From an uncultured delta proteobacterium (lineage in GTDB: Bacteria; Myxococcota_A; Polyangia; Haliangiales; Haliangiaceae): DNA of 64,000 nucleotides. The stretch is from positions 96,001 through 160,000 of the forward strand of contig CAWKDB010000002.1 of assembly GCA_963848295.1 (NCBI GenBank). The letters are read 5' to 3'. Every line of letters starts with the position of its first letter. Within the stretch, counting starts at the first letter, position 1. The notes below the pieces were generated by a model that worked only from the letters and a program-made list of their open reading frames with translations, was not told the DNA's origin and did not search any database. A program made the translations under genes and the position numbers. Shown here piece by piece: positions 62,646-64,000 of this stretch.

Positions 62646-63808
62646 GAGGCGTCCGCCGCGCAACGAAACCCGATGATCACGTGACGCACCGCTTTGCCGC
62701 GACCGTGGCGCGCCGCACCGCGGCCGAGTCCGCCGTAGTCGTCCCATGCCGAGCCTTTGACCGTCATCTCGTCGTCTACCTCCGCTCCGCCGTCGGCTGC
62801 GCTACGCGTCGGGCGTTCGCCCGACTTGTCTACTACCTCCGCTCCGCCGTCGGCTGCGCTACGCGTCGGGCGTTCGCCCGACTTGTCTACTACCTCCGCT
62901 CCGCCGTCGGCTGCGCTACGCGTCGGGCGTTCGCCCGACTTGTCTACTACCTCCGCTCCGCCGTCGGCTGCGCTACGCGTCGGGCGTTCGCCCGACTTGT
63001 CTACTACCTCCGCTCCGCCGTCGGCTGCGCTACGCGTCGGGCGTTCGCCCGACTTGTCTTGCAGCGGAGTCGAGGTCCACTCGTAGACGTTGCCGGCGAG
63101 ACCGAGCACACCGAACGGGCTCGCTCCGTCGGGATACCCACCGACCGGCGTCGTATCGCCAGGCCCGCCGACCGCGCAGTCGAGCTTGCTCGCCTCGAAC
63201 GCATTGCCCCACGGATACGACAGCCCGCCGTCTCCGCGGAGCGCGCGCTCGTACTCGTCTGCGGTCGGCAAGCGCCGCGGTAAGCCAGCGAGCTCACCGC
63301 GCCACGCGCAATAGGCCGCGGCTTCGGTCCAGGTCACGAGCACGACCGGATGGTCCTCGCGCCCGGCCGGCGGCGCACTGCCACGCCACACGAACCGCGC
63401 GACCTGCGTCGCGTAGTCCTGGGTGAACCCGGTCGCCTTCCACGCGGTCTTGTCGATCGCAGGCGCTGGCGCTTTGCCCGCCGCGACGAACTCCGCGTAC
63501 GCGGCTTCGGTCACCGGCATCAGGTCGATGCGGTAGCCGGCGAGCGTCACCATGTGGCGTGCCTCTTCGCCATCGAACCAGTGCTGCTCGCGCGCGGTGT
63601 CGCGCCCGGCGGTCGCGCGATAATCGTCGTACGCGGCGTCGCGCTCCTCGGGCGTCGAGCCGGCGACGAACCTGCCGGCGGGGATCGCGATCATCTGCGC
63701 GTCGGCGGCCAACGACAGCGGTGCGATCGCGGCTGCGGTCGGATGGGCCGGAGACGGCGCCGAGCACGCGCCGGCAAGCGCGACGAGGATCGCGCCCCAT
63801 CCGGTCAT
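62642..63808 (-). CDS. FGE-sulfatase (SUMF1-like) domain lipoprotein with an internal tandem repeat
   Basis: Lipobox AGAC; IPAGRF, HPVV.VTW.EA.AYC, RLPT..EYE, YPWG, GLAGNVYEW, GFRCA. Confidence 0.88.
   Translation of the reverse strand: MTGWGAILVALAGACSAPSPAHPTAAAIAPLSLAADAQMIAIPAGRFVAGSTPEERDAAYDDYRATAGRDTAREQHWFDGEEARHMVTLAGYRIDLMPVTEAAYAEFVAAGKAPAPAIDKTAWKATGFTQDYATQVARFVWRGSAPPAGREDHPVVLVTWTEAAAYCAWRGELAGLPRRLPTADEYERALRGDGGLSYPWGNAFEASKLDCAVGGPGDTTPVGGYPDGASPFGVLGLAGNVYEWTSTPLQDKSGERPTRSAADGGAEVVDKSGERPTRSAADGGAEVVDKSGERPTRSAADGGAEVVDKSGERPTRSAADGGAEVVDKSGERPTRSAADGGAEVDDEMTVKGSAWDDYGGLGRGAARHGRGKAVRHVIIGFRCAADAS
62776..63059 (-). repeat. Five identical 57-bp tandem units containing a hairpin, in frame (DKSGERPTRSAADGGAEVV)
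   Basis: Period 57; each unit has the palindrome gtcgggcg-aa-cgcccgac preceded by gtag-acaa. Confidence 0.95.
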
Positions 63809-64000
63809 CGTGCCTTCGCCTGCGCCATCGCGGGCGCGAGCAACCGCGCCAGCTCTGGAAGGTACTCTGGATCGGCATCGAGTGCTTTTGGGTCGAGCGC
63901 CACGTGCGTGAGCGCCGGCGTCAGGCGCGGAAACAGGCCAGCGTGATCCTCCAGCATGCGCGCGACCCGCGGATCTGCTTGCATGTCGATCTCGATCACC
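63805..64000 (-). CDS. Partial CDS (3' end), function unknown
   Basis: Open frame runs off the window edge; stop overlaps the FGE gene start (ATGA). Confidence 0.5.
   Translation of the reverse strand, partial: VIEIDMQADPRVARMLEDHAGLFPRLTPALTHVALDPKALDADPEYLPELARLLAPAMAQAKAR

Noticed and set aside
62642..62760. Diversity-generating retroelement target (FGE-type C-terminal variable region)
   Set aside because: No template repeat or reverse transcriptase seen in the window; one elsewhere in the genome cannot be excluded.
62776..63059. CRISPR array
   Set aside because: Units are identical end to end with no variable spacers, lie in frame within a gene, and no cas genes are present.

Overview
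High-GC (about 70% by eye) bacterial chromosomal segment. Gene style suggests Myxococcota, probably Kofleriaceae-like (inference from the Ser/Thr kinase-sigma54 fusion, many lipoproteins and a lid-less Hsp70). It holds about 42 genes: cell-wall and housekeeping genes (MtgA-like transglycosylase, ddl, lipB, era, der, YfgM/BamB-like, Lhr helicase, Hsp70 plus J-protein), a thioester-bearing alpha-2-macroglobulin, and a ~16 kb Pfa/HglE-like PKS glycolipid-type cluster (ER-KS-AT-ACP-KR; KS-AT-DH-PPTase; ACP; two hydrolases; GT1; methyltransferase) flanked by a desaturase and cfa. Three tandem Phi_1/EXORDIUM-like lipoproteins lie near the right end. The most striking unexplained structure is a set of short (54-65 bp) palindromic elements inserted IN FRAME inside protein-coding genes. 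Family A has four copies (era and three in lhr), family B has two (a PKS-cluster hydrolase and a lipoprotein), and a 57-bp hairpin unit is amplified five times inside an FGE-sulfatase gene. Copies show compensatory stem changes and are read in different frames, so nucleic-acid structure rather than peptide is conserved. Many genes have a TAnnnT box 5-7 nt before the start codon (leaderless-mRNA signature). Three apparent frameshifts (der, PKS, one small ORF) may be sequence errors. No rRNA, tRNA, CRISPR array or transposase was recognised. All family assignments come from motif recognition, not database searches.
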